A stretch of 64,000 bases of DNA from Candidatus Methylomirabilota bacterium (GCA_035605575.1 DASTCJ010000210.1:78750-142749); one strand, 5' to 3'; counted from the stretch's first letter, positions 44,800 to 56,896 are shown. Program-made: numbers and translations. The notes: generated by a model not told the origin, from the sequence alone.

Positions 44800-45200
44800 C
44801 ACCGCGCCTCAAGCTCGCCATGGAGCACGACGGGCCGTCGCGCGGCCGGTTCGTGCGCGACGTGGTGCAGCAGCTCCTGAAGCTCCGCGCGGTGCGCGGC
44901 GCGCTCCTGGTCGCCCCGGATGGCTTCGTGATCGCCGCCGAAGTGCCGAACGCGGTGGCGATCGAGCCACTGGCTGCGATGGCGGCACGGCTGGGCCGCG
45001 ATCTCGAGTCGAGCGCGGGGAGGATGGGTCGCGCGTCCTTCTCGACGGCGATGTTCTCGGGGCCGGACGGGCCGATGTTCCTCGCGGCGGCACCGATCGG
45101 CTACGTGGTCGTGCTCGCCGAGCAGCGCGCCAACCACGAGGCCATCCGCAGCGCTACCGAGGAGGCCGTCGCGCTGCTCCAGAGCGCCTGGACTGATTAG
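44796..45200 (+). CDS. Roadblock/LC7 domain protein (MglC-like)
   Basis: L.....VRGALLV.PDG.VIA, LAAMAA.L...L......G...F.......G..F. GTGA overlap with mglB. Confidence 0.8.
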   Translation: MTPRLKLAMEHDGPSRGRFVRDVVQQLLKLRAVRGALLVAPDGFVIAAEVPNAVAIEPLAAMAARLGRDLESSAGRMGRASFSTAMFSGPDGPMFLAAAPIGYVVVLAEQRANHEAIRSATEEAVALLQSAWTD

Positions 45201-45913
45201 CGCCCGCTGAGCTCGGCGATGATTGCGGCGGCGGCCGCTCCGGGATCGGCGGCGGCGGTGATGGGCCGGCCGACGACGAGGTAATCAGCCCCGGCCTGGA
45301 CCGCCGTGCGCGGCGTGGCCACCCGCTTCTGATCATCCTCGCCGGTCGTGGACGCGGGTCGGATGCCCGGGGTCACGATGGTGAAGCGCCGACCCAGCGC
45401 GAGCCGGAGACGACGGATCTCCTGCGGAGATGCCACGCAGCCGTCGAGACCCGCGTCGCGCGCCGCCTCCGCCAGTCTCAGCACGTGACTCTCGACGCTC
45501 GCCGGCACGCCCATCTCCCGCTCGAGCGCGCGGCGGTCGAGGCTCGTGAGCACGGTAACGCCGAGACAGATCGGGCGGGCGACGCCGAACTCCCGCGCGG
45601 CCTGTCCGGCCGCCTCGGCGGCCGCGCGCATCATCTCGAGTCCTCCCGAAGCGTGGACGTTGAGCATGAACACACCGAGGCGCGACGCGCTGCGGACGGC
45701 ACCGGCCACGGTATTCGGGATGTCGTGAAACTTCAGATCGAGGAACACACGGAGGCCGCGCTTGTGCGCGAGATCCACCGCCGCCGGACCCGCGCTGGTG
45801 AAGAGCTGCGAGCCGATCTTCACGCCGGTCACCGCGCCCTCGAGACGGTCGAGCAGCCGTGCCGCGTCGTCGAGCGCTTCGACGTCGACGGCCACGAACA
45901 GCCGGTCACGCAT
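45197..45913 (-). CDS. pyrF: Orotidine 5-prime-phosphate decarboxylase
   Basis: [51 protein letters not shown]. Confidence 0.97.
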   Translation of the reverse strand: MRDRLFVAVDVEALDDAARLLDRLEGAVTGVKIGSQLFTSAGPAAVDLAHKRGLRVFLDLKFHDIPNTVAGAVRSASRLGVFMLNVHASGGLEMMRAAAEAAGQAAREFGVARPICLGVTVLTSLDRRALEREMGVPASVESHVLRLAEAARDAGLDGCVASPQEIRRLRLALGRRFTIVTPGIRPASTTGEDDQKRVATPRTAVQAGADYLVVGRPITAAADPGAAAAAIIAELSGR

Positions 45914-48900
45914 CGCTGTGGTACTCCTGCAGGCTCCGCACGCCCTGCTCGCCCTTCAGCAGCGCCTCGATGGCGCCGATGGCGGCCTGGGCGCCGTCGA
46001 CGGTGAGGTAGTAGGGGATGTTCTGGCCGACCGCCGTGCGGCGAATGGCCGCCGAATCCTTGCGCGCGCGCCCGTCTTCCGGCGTGTTGAAGACGAGCGC
46101 GATGTCGCCGCGCTTCATCAGGTCGACGACGTTCGGGCGGTGTCCCTCCAGCACCTTGTGCACGAGCTCCACCGTCATGCCCTGACGCTCGAGCACACGG
46201 GCCGTTCCGGCCGTGGCCACCAGCGTGAAGCCCATCTCCACGAGTCGCCGCGCCAGCGTGGTCAGCGCGCGCTTGTCGCGATTCTTGACGGAGACGAAGA
46301 CTTTCCCGGACGTGGGCAGCGCGGAGCTGGCCGCGATCTGCGACTTGAGATAGGCCTTGCGAAAATCGCGGTCGAGGCCCATGACCTCGCCGGTCGACTT
46401 CATCTCGGGACCGAGCACGATGTCGACGCCGGGGAACTTGATGAACGGGAATACCGACTCCTTCACCGCGATGTGCCGGAGCTCGCGCTCCTCGATGTGG
46501 GCGATCTCGCCCACCACCGCCTGACCGAGCATGGCGCGCGTGGCAATCTTGGCCAGCGGCACGCCGATGGCCTTCGAGACGAAGGGAACGGTGCGGGAGG
46601 CGCGGGGGTTCACCTCGAGCACGTAGATGGCCTCGTTGCGGATGGCGAACTGGACGTTGATCAGGCCGACCACGCCGAGCGCCTTCGCCAGCGCCTTCGT
46701 CTGCGCACGCAAGGCGCGGACCTGACCATCGTCGAGGCTGTAGGGCGGCAGCGCGCACGCGGCGTCGCCGGAGTGCACGCCGGCCTTCTCGATGTGCTCC
46801 ATGACGCCGCCGACCACGACGCCCTGTGTGTCGGCGACCGCATCGACGTCGATCTCGAGCGAGTCCTCGAGGAACTTGTCGATGAGGATTGGATGCTCGG
46901 GCGCCGCCTCCACCGCTTCGCCGACGAACTGCACCAGATCCTGGTCGTCGTACACGATGCGCATGGCCCGGCCGCCGAGGACGTACGAGGGCCGCACGAG
47001 CACCGGATACCCGAGCCGTCCTGCCACCTGGCGCGCCTCGGGCAGGGCGCGGACGGTGGCACCGGCGGCCTGGTTGAGTCCGAGCTCGTCGAGTAGCGCG
47101 CTGAAGCGCTGGCGATCCTCGGCGCGGTCGATGGCGTCCGGCGACGTGCCGAGGATCGGCACGCCGGCCTGCTGCAGGGAGACGGCGAGCTTGAGCGGTG
47201 TCTGTCCGCCGAACTGTACGATCACCCCGAGCGGCTTCTCCTTCTCGACCACGTTGAGCACGTCCTCGAACGTGAGAGGCTCGAAGTACAGTCGGTCCGA
47301 GGTGTCATAGTCGGTCGAAACCGTTTCGGGGTTGCAGTTGACCATGATCGCTTCGACGCCGTGGTCCTTCAACGCGAATGCCGCGTGCACGCAGCAGTAA
47401 TCGAACTCGATGCCCTGTCCGATGCGATTCGGCCCCGAGCCGAGGATGATGACCTTCCGGCGGCGGGTGGGCGGCGCCTCGTCCTCCTCCTCGTACGTCG
47501 AGTAGAGATACGGCGTGTGGGCGACGAACTCGGCCGCGCACGTGTCGACTGTCTTGAACGTGGCTCGAATGCCCTGCGACAGCCGGAGCGCGCGGATCTC
47601 GTTCTCGGTGCGGTCCGTGAGCCGGCCGATGAAGCGATCGGCGAACCCGAGCTGCTTGGCGCGCCGCAAGACGCTCGGGTCCGTCAGGGCGTCGCGCCGA
47701 ATCTGCGCCTCGTAGGCCACGATCTCGCGGATGTTCTCGATGAACCACGGGTCGATCTTCGTCACCCCGTGGACTTCCGCCGTGGACATTCCCGCGCGGA
47801 GCGCGTCGCCGAGCGCGAACAGCCGATCCGGATTCGGCACCCGTAACAGTCCCCGCAGCGTCTCCTCGTCGAGGTCGCGATCGAGCGTGAGGCCGAAGCG
47901 GTCCTGCTCGAGCGAGCGGACGGCCTTCTGCAGCGCCTCCTTGAACGTGCGCCCGATGGCCATCGCCTCGCCAACGGATTTCATCTGTGTAGTGAGCGTG
48001 CGATCGGCCTCGGGGAACTTCTCGAAGGCCCAGCGCGGGAACTTCACGACGCAGTAGTCGATGGCGGGCTCGAACGACGCCGGCGTCTCCCGCGTGATGT
48101 CGTTGCGCACCTCGTCGAGCCGATACCCGACGGCCAGCTTGGCGGCGATCTTCGCGATCGGAAACCCGGTGGCCTTCGAGGCGAGCGCGGAGGAGCGCGA
48201 TACGCGTGGATTCATCTCGATCACGACGAGGCGGCCGTCGGCAGGATTCACCGCGAACTGGATGTTCGATCCGCCCGTCTCGACTCCGATCTCGCGGATG
48301 ATGGCGACGGCGGCATCGCGCATGAGCTGATATTCCTTGTCGGTCAGCGTCTGCGCGGGCGCGACGGTGATCGAGTCACCCGTGTGCACGCCCATGGGGT
48401 CGAGGTTCTCGATCGAGCAGATGATGACGACATTGTCGGCGAGGTCGCGCATGACCTCGAGCTCGAATTCCTTCCACCCGATCACCGACTCTTCGATGAG
48501 CACGGTGCCGAGCGGGGACATCTGGACGCCCCAGCGCACCGCCTCTTCGAGCTCCTCGGGATTGTAGGCGATCGAGCCGCCGGTGCCGCCGAGCGTGAAC
48601 GACGGCCGGATGATCGCGGGATAGCCGGTGGTGCGGACGATGGTCTTCGCTTCCTCGAACGAGCGCGCCAGACCGGAGCGCGGCAGCGTGAGGCCGACGC
48701 GCTCGATGGCCTGCTTGAAGAGCTGGCGGTCCTCCGCCTTCCGGATGGCCGGGATCTTGGCGCCGATGAGCTCGACGCCGAAGCGATCGAGCGTGCCGTC
48801 CTCGGCGAGCGCCACCGCCAGGTTCAGCGCCGTCTGGCCGCCGAGCGTCGGCAAGAGCGCCTGCGGCCGCTCGCGCTCGATGATCTTCGCCACGAACTCC

Positions 48901-49112
48901 GGCGTGAGCGGCTCGACATACGTGCGCGTCGCCATCTCCGGATCGGTCATGATGGTGGCCGGGTTGCTGTTGACCAGCACGACCTCGTAGCCTTCCTCGC
49001 GGAGCGCCCGGCAGCCCTGTGTCCCCGAGTAGTCGAACTCGCAGGCCTGCCCGATCACGATCGGCCCGGAGCCGAGGACGAGGATCTTCTGGAGATCCGT
49101 CCGCTTCGGCAT
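45906..49112 (-). CDS. carB: Carbamoyl-phosphate synthase large subunit
   Basis: [26 protein letters not shown], duplicated ATP-grasp domains, C-terminal MGS domain. Confidence 0.98.
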   Translation of the reverse strand: MPKRTDLQKILVLGSGPIVIGQACEFDYSGTQGCRALREEGYEVVLVNSNPATIMTDPEMATRTYVEPLTPEFVAKIIERERPQALLPTLGGQTALNLAVALAEDGTLDRFGVELIGAKIPAIRKAEDRQLFKQAIERVGLTLPRSGLARSFEEAKTIVRTTGYPAIIRPSFTLGGTGGSIAYNPEELEEAVRWGVQMSPLGTVLIEESVIGWKEFELEVMRDLADNVVIICSIENLDPMGVHTGDSITVAPAQTLTDKEYQLMRDAAVAIIREIGVETGGSNIQFAVNPADGRLVVIEMNPRVSRSSALASKATGFPIAKIAAKLAVGYRLDEVRNDITRETPASFEPAIDYCVVKFPRWAFEKFPEADRTLTTQMKSVGEAMAIGRTFKEALQKAVRSLEQDRFGLTLDRDLDEETLRGLLRVPNPDRLFALGDALRAGMSTAEVHGVTKIDPWFIENIREIVAYEAQIRRDALTDPSVLRRAKQLGFADRFIGRLTDRTENEIRALRLSQGIRATFKTVDTCAAEFVAHTPYLYSTYEEEDEAPPTRRRKVIILGSGPNRIGQGIEFDYCCVHAAFALKDHGVEAIMVNCNPETVSTDYDTSDRLYFEPLTFEDVLNVVEKEKPLGVIVQFGGQTPLKLAVSLQQAGVPILGTSPDAIDRAEDRQRFSALLDELGLNQAAGATVRALPEARQVAGRLGYPVLVRPSYVLGGRAMRIVYDDQDLVQFVGEAVEAAPEHPILIDKFLEDSLEIDVDAVADTQGVVVGGVMEHIEKAGVHSGDAACALPPYSLDDGQVRALRAQTKALAKALGVVGLINVQFAIRNEAIYVLEVNPRASRTVPFVSKAIGVPLAKIATRAMLGQAVVGEIAHIEERELRHIAVKESVFPFIKFPGVDIVLGPEMKSTGEVMGLDRDFRKAYLKSQIAASSALPTSGKVFVSVKNRDKRALTTLARRLVEMGFTLVATAGTARVLERQGMTVELVHKVLEGHRPNVVDLMKRGDIALVFNTPEDGRARKDSAAIRRTAVGQNIPYYLTVDGAQAAIGAIEALLKGEQGVRSLQEYHSDA

Positions 49113-49379
49113 CTACTCCTCGACCAGCCCGTAGACGACGGACGTCTCGGGCTTGGCCTCTTCGCGCTTGTAGAGCACGTCGTCGATGCGCCCGGCGCCG
49201 ATCCACACCACGTCGCCGTCGCCCCAGAGCTGCTCGCCGAGGACGCTCATGCGCTTCTCGACGCGCTCCTTGATGGCGTGCGCCTCGAGCGAGGCGTCAC
49301 TCTGCGCCGTGAACGAAGCCCAGTCGGGCTTCTGTCCAGCGCCTTCCACCTTGCGATACGAGATCAAGTACTTGGGCAT
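49113..49379 (-). CDS. Hypothetical 88-aa soluble protein between carA and carB
   Basis: Strong SD (AAAGGAGAGG), fills the gap exactly, stop abuts the carB ATG, non-shadow amino acid composition. Confidence 0.75.
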   Translation of the reverse strand: MPKYLISYRKVEGAGQKPDWASFTAQSDASLEAHAIKERVEKRMSVLGEQLWGDGDVVWIGAGRIDDVLYKREEAKPETSVVYGLVEE

Positions 49380-49404
49380 GACCTCTCCTTTTGTAGCGAC
49401 CGCG

Positions 49405-50574
49405 CTAGCCCTGCTCGCAGCGTGGGTGGCCTGTTCGAGATGGTCGTGGCTCCGTTCCCTCCATCAGTCTCGTGAAGCGGTGGAAGAGATAGTTGGCGTC
49501 GTGCGGTCCCGGCGACGCCTCGGGGTGGTACTGGACGCAGAAGACCGGAAGCTCCGCGTGCCGCAAGCCCTCGCACGTGTCGTCGTTCAGGTTCTGATGG
49601 GTCGGCTCCCAGCCGCGGCCGGCGAGGGAGGCCGGATCGACGGCGAACCCGTGGTTCTGCGACGTGATCTCGACCTTGCCCGTGGCCAGATCCTTCACCG
49701 GATGATTCGCGCCGTGATGACCGAACGGCAGCTTGTACGTCCGCCCGCCGGCGGCGAGCCCAATGATCTGGTGGCCGAGACAGATGCCGAATACCGGCAC
49801 GCGACCGATGAGGCCGCGCACCGCGTCGATCAGATACGGCACACCCTCGGGATCGCCGGGCCCATTGGAGAGGAAGACGCCGTCGGGCTTGCGCTCGAGC
49901 ACGGCCGCCGCTGGTGTGGACGCCGGCACCACCGTCACCTCGCAGCCGGCCGCTCGGAGCTGGCGGAGAATGTTGAACTTGATCCCGGCATCGAGGGCGA
50001 CGACGTTGAAGCGCGCGGGCGGCGGCGCCATGTAACCGCGCGCCGGATCCCACGCGCCCTCCGTCCACCCGAACGGCTGCGCCGCCGTCACCTCGGCCAC
50101 GAGATCGCGGCCCACCAGCCCCGGCAGCCCACGGGCGCGCTCGCGGAGTCGCTCGACGTCGAGTTCGACGCTCGAGATGATGCCGTCCAGGGCGCCGTGA
50201 TCGCGTAAATGTCGCGTGAGCGCCCGCGTGTCGATGCCCTGCAGCCCGACCAGCCGATGCGCTTTGAGATAGTCGTCGAGGCCCACGCGGCCACGCCAGG
50301 ACGACGGGCACGCCGAGGCTTCCTTTACGATCAGGCCGTTGGCCCACGGCTTGTGCGACTCGACGTCCTCCGCATTGACTCCGTAATTGCCGATCATCGG
50401 GTATGTCATCGTGACGATCTGACCGCGATACGACGGATCGGTGAGGATCTCCTGATAGCCGGTCATCGCCGTGTTGAAGATGACCTCACCGGAGGTCTCG
50501 CCCTCGGCGCCGAGCGCACGGCCGCGGAACACTCGCCCGTCGCGCAGCACCAGCAGCGCGTCTCGCTCGCTCAT
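49405..50574 (-). CDS. carA: Carbamoyl-phosphate synthase small subunit
   Basis: [53 protein letters not shown]. Confidence 0.98.
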   Translation of the reverse strand: MSERDALLVLRDGRVFRGRALGAEGETSGEVIFNTAMTGYQEILTDPSYRGQIVTMTYPMIGNYGVNAEDVESHKPWANGLIVKEASACPSSWRGRVGLDDYLKAHRLVGLQGIDTRALTRHLRDHGALDGIISSVELDVERLRERARGLPGLVGRDLVAEVTAAQPFGWTEGAWDPARGYMAPPPARFNVVALDAGIKFNILRQLRAAGCEVTVVPASTPAAAVLERKPDGVFLSNGPGDPEGVPYLIDAVRGLIGRVPVFGICLGHQIIGLAAGGRTYKLPFGHHGANHPVKDLATGKVEITSQNHGFAVDPASLAGRGWEPTHQNLNDDTCEGLRHAELPVFCVQYHPEASPGPHDANYLFHRFTRLMEGTEPRPSRTGHPRCEQG

Positions 50575-51844
50575 GCTTCCCACACGACCTTCCCGGCCAC
50601 GATCGTCTTCCACGGCGCGCCGGTGGCCGTCCAGCCGCCGAACGGCGTGTTGCGGCTCCTGCTCGCGAAGCGCGTCGGGTCGATGGTGACGGCGGCCGCG
50701 GGATCGACGAGCGTCACGTCGGCCGGCACGCCGACGCTCAGGTTGCCGCCCGGCAGATTCAGCAGTCGCGCGGGATCACGCGACAGCCGCGCCACGAGCG
50801 TCGCGAGCGGAAGGAGCCCGGGGCGGACGAGCCGGTCGTGAAGCAGCGTGAGCGCGGTCTCGAGCCCCACGATGCCATTGGCGGCGCGGTCGAACTCGCC
50901 TTCCTTGTCCGCGACGGCATGTGGCGCGTGGTCGGTGGCGACGCAGTCGATCGTTCCGTCGGCAAGGGCTTCGATGAGTGCTTCGACATCGCGCTTCGTC
51001 CGCAGCGGCGGCGCCATCTTCGTGTTGGCGTCCCAGCTGCGCACGGCCTCGTCGGTCAGCAGGAGGTGATGCGGCGTGACCTCGGCGGTGACGCGCACAC
51101 CGCGCGCCTTGGCCTCGCGCACCAGGCGCACCGCGCCGGCCGTCGATACATGCGCGACGTGGACGTGGGCGCCGGTGAGCTCGGCGAGCAGGATGTCGCG
51201 CGCGACCATCACGTCCTCGGCCGTGGCCGGGATGCCGCGCAGCCCGAGCTCGGTGGAGACCACGCCCTCGTGCATCGCGCCGCGTGCGGAGAGCGTATGG
51301 TCCTCGGCGTGGCTGATGACGGGCGCCGCGAACGGCAGGGTGTACTCCATCGCGCGGCGGTAGAGCTCCGCGTTCATGACGCACTTGCCGTCGTCGGAGA
51401 ACCCGACGCAACCAGCCTCGGCCAGCTCCGCCAGCTCCGCGAGCTCCTTGCCCTCGAGGCCGCGCGTGACTGCACCGATCGGGTAGACGCGGACGACGCC
51501 TTCGCTCCGCGCCTTGGCCAGGATGTAGTCGGTGATCGAGCCGTTGTCGTTCACGGGGCTCGTGTTGGCCATGCAGCACACCGCCGTGAAGCCGCCCGCC
51601 GCCGCCGCCCGCGTGCCGGTGGCCACCGTCTCCTTGTACTCGTATCCCGGCTCGCGCAGATGCACGTGCATGTCGATGAAGCCCGGACAGACGAGCTTGC
51701 CGGCCGCATCGATCACCGTCGCCCCCGCCGGTGCCGCCAGCTTGGCGCCGAGCTTCGCGACCTTGCCGTCCTCGAGGAGGACATCCACAACGGCGTCGAG
51801 CGAGTTCGCGGGATCCACCACGCGACCGCCGCGGATCACGAGGC

Positions 51845-51848
<4 letters not shown>
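50571..51848 (-). CDS. pyrC: Dihydroorotase (type I)
   Basis: [50 protein letters not shown]. Confidence 0.97.
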
Positions 51849-53360
<1,512 letters not shown>

Positions 53361-53378
53361 AAGCACCGAGCCGCCATC

Positions 53379-53408
53379 ACTCTACATGCGCGCCGCGCGC
53401 GGTGTCAA
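53379..53408 (-). promoter_or_regulatory. Sigma-70 promoter of the pyr operon
   Basis: TTGACA-N18-TAGAGT. Confidence 0.7.
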
Positions 53409-53494
53409 CCGAACGGTCGTTCCAGGCGACGAGGTCGGCGCGCGAGATCGGCCGCCATGCGCCTTTCTGCGACGGTCGCCGCCCGTCCGGAAGC

Positions 53495-53500
53495 TATAAT
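53495..53500 (+). promoter_or_regulatory. Perfect -10 element upstream of the Zn-finger protease
   Basis: TATAAT, then SD AGGAGG (53535-53540) and ATG 53546. No clear -35. Confidence 0.55.
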
Positions 53501-53545
53501 CGCGACGGGAGCGTTTCCCGACAGCGAACCGCCCAGGAGGGCGCG

Positions 53546-55612
53546 ATGAACTGTCCGGCCTGCCGCACCGATCTGCGCGAGCTTCCGACTCCCGAAGGCG
53601 TCACCATCGATTTCTGCGGCGCGTGTCGGGGCAGCTGGTTCGATCGCGGCGAGCTGCTGTACGTGGTCAAGCGGCCGAGCGCGCTTCAGCCCATGCTCGA
53701 GCGACCGCTCGTCGGCGGCGCCGCCTCACCGCTTCCGTGTCCGCGCTGCAACACGCCGATGGAGCGCGGTGGCGTCGGCTCGCTCCAGGCGGTCATCGAC
53801 CGGTGTGCGACGTGCGGCGGGATCTGGCTGGCTTCCGGTGTCCGCACGCGGCTCGACCAGATCAGCGCGCCGGTTGGCGCTGCCGCGGCCGCCCCCGTCT
53901 CCGCGGCTTCCTCGGCCGCGCGGGGCAGCGCGTTCGGCGCCCCACGATCCGCGACTCCCTCACTGCCCCGACCGCCGAGCGGAACGCCGCGCCCGCTGCC
54001 GCGGCTGCCGGACCTCGGCCTGCGGTCGGTGATGGTCCTCGGCGCGCTGTACGGCATGACGTTCGTGGCGACGGTGCTGGCCGTGGCCTACGTGCGGCTC
54101 GGGCTCGATGTCGCCATCCTCTTCGCCACCATCCTGATCACCGCGCAGTACTTCTTGTCACCGCTGCTGCTGGACCTCTTCCTCACCTGGATGCAGTCGA
54201 TGGAGTGGGTGCCGCGCGAGGAGCTGCCGCCGCGCCTGGTGGCCTTCATGGAGAAGATCTGTCGCGCGCGAAGGATTCCGTTCCCGCGCGTGGGCATCAT
54301 CGACGACGGCAATCCGAACGCGTTCACGTACGGCCACTATCCCGCCAACGCGCGGCTCGTGCTCACCGGCGGGTTGATGGAGATCCTCGACGAGGACGAG
54401 CTCGAGGCGGTCGTCGCGCACGAGATGGGGCACATCGCGCACTGGGACTTCATCGTCATGACGCTGGCGGCGCTGGTCCCCGTGCTCCTGTACGGGATCT
54501 ATCGCGCGCTCGGCGGCGGAGGGCAGCGCAAGAGCCGCGCGCCGGTGCAAATCATGGTCGCCGTCTATCTCATGTACGTCGTGTCGGAGTACTTGATCTT
54601 GCTCCTCGCGCGCGCGCGCGAGTACTACGCCGACCGCTTCTCTGGCGCCGCCACGCGCCAGCCGAACGCGCTGGCGAGCGCGCTGGTGAAGATCGCCTAC
54701 GGCCTCGCGGCCGCCAAACCCGAGGAGGCCGCCACCAAGAGCGACTCGCGGCTGCGCGCGATCTCGGCGCTCGGCATCTTCGATCCGCGCGCGGCGCTGA
54801 GCCTGGCCGCCGCCAGCGCCCGGCCAGCGGGCGTGGCGCCCCAAGATATCGTCGGCGCCATGCAGTGGGATCTCTGGAATCCCTGGGCTGGATTCTACGA
54901 GCTCGGCTCGACCCATCCGCTCGCGGCCAAGCGCATCATGGCGCTCGGGCAGCTCGCCGAGCGGCTCGGTCAGGAGCCGTCGATCCGCTTCGACCGCCGC
55001 CCGCCGGAACGCTACTGGGACGAGTTCTTCTTCGACATCATGGTCACCGCGCTGCCGTTCGCGCTGCCGTTCGCCGCGCTGGGACTGATGCTGCCCGCGA
55101 TGGCGCTCGTGGGCGGCCTGGGACCGTTCTGGGGCGTGCACGCGCTCGGTATCGCCCTCGCGGGCTATGGCGTCGGCGCGCTGATCCGCACCGTCTGGTC
55201 ATATCGGGCGGGCGAGTTCCCGCCGTCCACCGTCGCCACGCTGCTCTCCGCCGTGAAGGTTTCCGGCGTGCGCAGCATCCCGGTCCGCCTCGAGGGACGG
55301 ATCATCGGTCGCGGCATTCCCGGTCTCGTCTACTCCGAGGACCTGGTCCTGCGCGACGACACCGGCTTCATCTTCCTCGACTACCGGCAGCCGTTCCGTC
55401 TGCTGGAGCTGTGGTTCGGTCTCGCGCGCGCCGGCGATCTGATCGGCTGTGAGGTCACCGCGACCGGCTGGTATCGTCGCGCGCCCACGCCGTTCCTCGA
55501 GCTGCGGACGCTGGAGATCGGCGGTGACGTGCGCACGTGCTGGGTTCGCGCGGCGAAGCTCGCAGCGGGCGCGCTCGCCCTCGTCGCCGGCATGGTGCTG
55601 GCACTGGCATAG
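53546..55612 (+). CDS. M48 (HtpX-like) zinc metalloprotease with two N-terminal zf-TFIIB-type zinc ribbons and a C-terminal beta-rich domain
   Basis: CPAC...C..C.G.W and CPRC...C..C.G.W, PNAFTYG, VVAHEMGH, RAREYYAD, L.SALVKI, STHP...KRI. Confidence 0.88.
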   Translation: MNCPACRTDLRELPTPEGVTIDFCGACRGSWFDRGELLYVVKRPSALQPMLERPLVGGAASPLPCPRCNTPMERGGVGSLQAVIDRCATCGGIWLASGVRTRLDQISAPVGAAAAAPVSAASSAARGSAFGAPRSATPSLPRPPSGTPRPLPRLPDLGLRSVMVLGALYGMTFVATVLAVAYVRLGLDVAILFATILITAQYFLSPLLLDLFLTWMQSMEWVPREELPPRLVAFMEKICRARRIPFPRVGIIDDGNPNAFTYGHYPANARLVLTGGLMEILDEDELEAVVAHEMGHIAHWDFIVMTLAALVPVLLYGIYRALGGGGQRKSRAPVQIMVAVYLMYVVSEYLILLLARAREYYADRFSGAATRQPNALASALVKIAYGLAAAKPEEAATKSDSRLRAISALGIFDPRAALSLAAASARPAGVAPQDIVGAMQWDLWNPWAGFYELGSTHPLAAKRIMALGQLAERLGQEPSIRFDRRPPERYWDEFFFDIMVTALPFALPFAALGLMLPAMALVGGLGPFWGVHALGIALAGYGVGALIRTVWSYRAGEFPPSTVATLLSAVKVSGVRSIPVRLEGRIIGRGIPGLVYSEDLVLRDDTGFIFLDYRQPFRLLELWFGLARAGDLIGCEVTATGWYRRAPTPFLELRTLEIGGDVRTCWVRAAKLAAGALALVAGMVLALA

Positions 55613-55623
55613 TCGTCGTCGTC

Positions 55624-56817
55624 ATGACCGCGCTTCCGCTGTCCGGTTACCGCGTGCTCGAGCTCGCCCATCTCATCGCCGGCCCCGTGTGCGGGATGTA
55701 CCTCGCCGACATGGGCGCCGACGTCGTGAAGATCGAGCATCCGGCCGGTGGCGATGCGTCACGCCTCGTCTACGGCACGCAGTACGACGCCGAGAGCGCG
55801 GTGTTCGTCACCGTCAACCGCAACAAGCGCAGCGTGGCGCTCGATCTCGGCCGCGCCGAGGGGCTCGCGCTGTTTCGGCGACTCGCCGCCCGCGCGGACG
55901 TCGTGATCGAGGCGTATCGCGGCGGCGTGGCCGAGCGGCTGGGTGTCGACTACACGGCGCTGGCGTCGCAGAACCCGCGGCTGGTCTACTGCTCGCTGTC
56001 GGCCTTTGGTCCGGAAGGACCGTGGCGCGACAAGCCCGGCCTGGACATGCTCGTGCAGGCGATGGGCGGCCTCATGTCCGTCACCGGGGAGCCGGATCGT
56101 GCCCCCGTACTCACCGGTGCGCCCGTGGTCGACACCATGGGTGCGCTGATGGCGGGGCAGGGCATCGTCACCGCGCTCCTGCATCGCGAGCGCACGGGCC
56201 GCGGTCAGCGGGTCGACGTATCGCTCCTCAACGGCGCGCTGCTCGCGCATGCGGCGAGGCTGTCGATCTTCCTGGCCAGCGGCGAGGAGCCGGGGCGCTG
56301 GGGCAGCGGCCATCCTTATATGGTCCCGTTCCAGGCCCTGCCGGCGAGCGACGGCGCCGTGTATGTCGCCGTGTGGCGCGACAGCCTGTGGCGGCCGTTC
56401 TGCGAGGCCATCGGCCGGCCGGCGCTCGCCGATGATGCGCGCTTCGTCACGCGCCAGGCCCGGCTCGAGCGCCGCGCGGAGCTCACGGCGCTCCTCGAGC
56501 CGGTGTTTCGCGAGGCCACCGTCGCTGAATGGATGGCGCGGCTCGAGGCGCGGGACGTGCTCTGCGTCCCGGTGAACGACTACGCCGACCTGCCCGGCGA
56601 TCCGGCCGTACGCGCCACCGGCATGCTCGTCGAGGAAGAGCATCCGCGTGCCGGCCGCATCCGTACGCTCGCTCCGCCGATCCGGTTTTCCGCGACGCCC
56701 GGCTCGATTCGCACGCCGTCGCCCGCGCTCGGCGAGCATACCGACGCCGTTCTCGGCGAAGCCGGCGTGACGCCGGAGGAGCTCGCCACGCTGCGGAGGC
56801 AGAACGTCATCGCGTGA
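55624..56817 (+). CDS. Family III CoA-transferase (CaiB/BaiF)
   Basis: L.G.RVLEL...IAGP..G..LAD.GADV.KIE.P..GD, NRNKRS..LDL, NPRLVYCS.S.FG..GP, catalytic Asp in PVVDTMG, P.LGEHT. Confidence 0.93.
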   Translation: MTALPLSGYRVLELAHLIAGPVCGMYLADMGADVVKIEHPAGGDASRLVYGTQYDAESAVFVTVNRNKRSVALDLGRAEGLALFRRLAARADVVIEAYRGGVAERLGVDYTALASQNPRLVYCSLSAFGPEGPWRDKPGLDMLVQAMGGLMSVTGEPDRAPVLTGAPVVDTMGALMAGQGIVTALLHRERTGRGQRVDVSLLNGALLAHAARLSIFLASGEEPGRWGSGHPYMVPFQALPASDGAVYVAVWRDSLWRPFCEAIGRPALADDARFVTRQARLERRAELTALLEPVFREATVAEWMARLEARDVLCVPVNDYADLPGDPAVRATGMLVEEEHPRAGRIRTLAPPIRFSATPGSIRTPSPALGEHTDAVLGEAGVTPEELATLRRQNVIA

Positions 56818-56852
56818 TCCGTTCTGGCACCCCGCCTCGACCCGTCCCCGGC

Positions 56853-56866
56853 ATTGTTCGAACAAT
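56853..56866. promoter_or_regulatory. Perfect 14-bp palindrome, putative transcription-factor operator
   Basis: ATTGTTCGAACAAT, AT-rich against the GC background, 14 nt upstream of a sigma-54 motif. Confidence 0.6.
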
Positions 56867-56880
56867 CGCCAGCCCCGGCG

Positions 56881-56896
56881 CGGCACCCGCCTTGCA
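56881..56896 (+). promoter_or_regulatory. Sigma-54 (-24/-12) promoter
   Basis: CGGCACCCGCCTTGCA with exact GG-N10-GC spacing, 14 nt before ATG 56911. Confidence 0.7.

Noticed and set aside
33468-45200. Chemosensory block as a mobile genomic island
   Set aside because: No integrase, transposase, tRNA or flanking direct repeats, and no visible GC shift. It is treated as a rearrangement rather than a mobile element.
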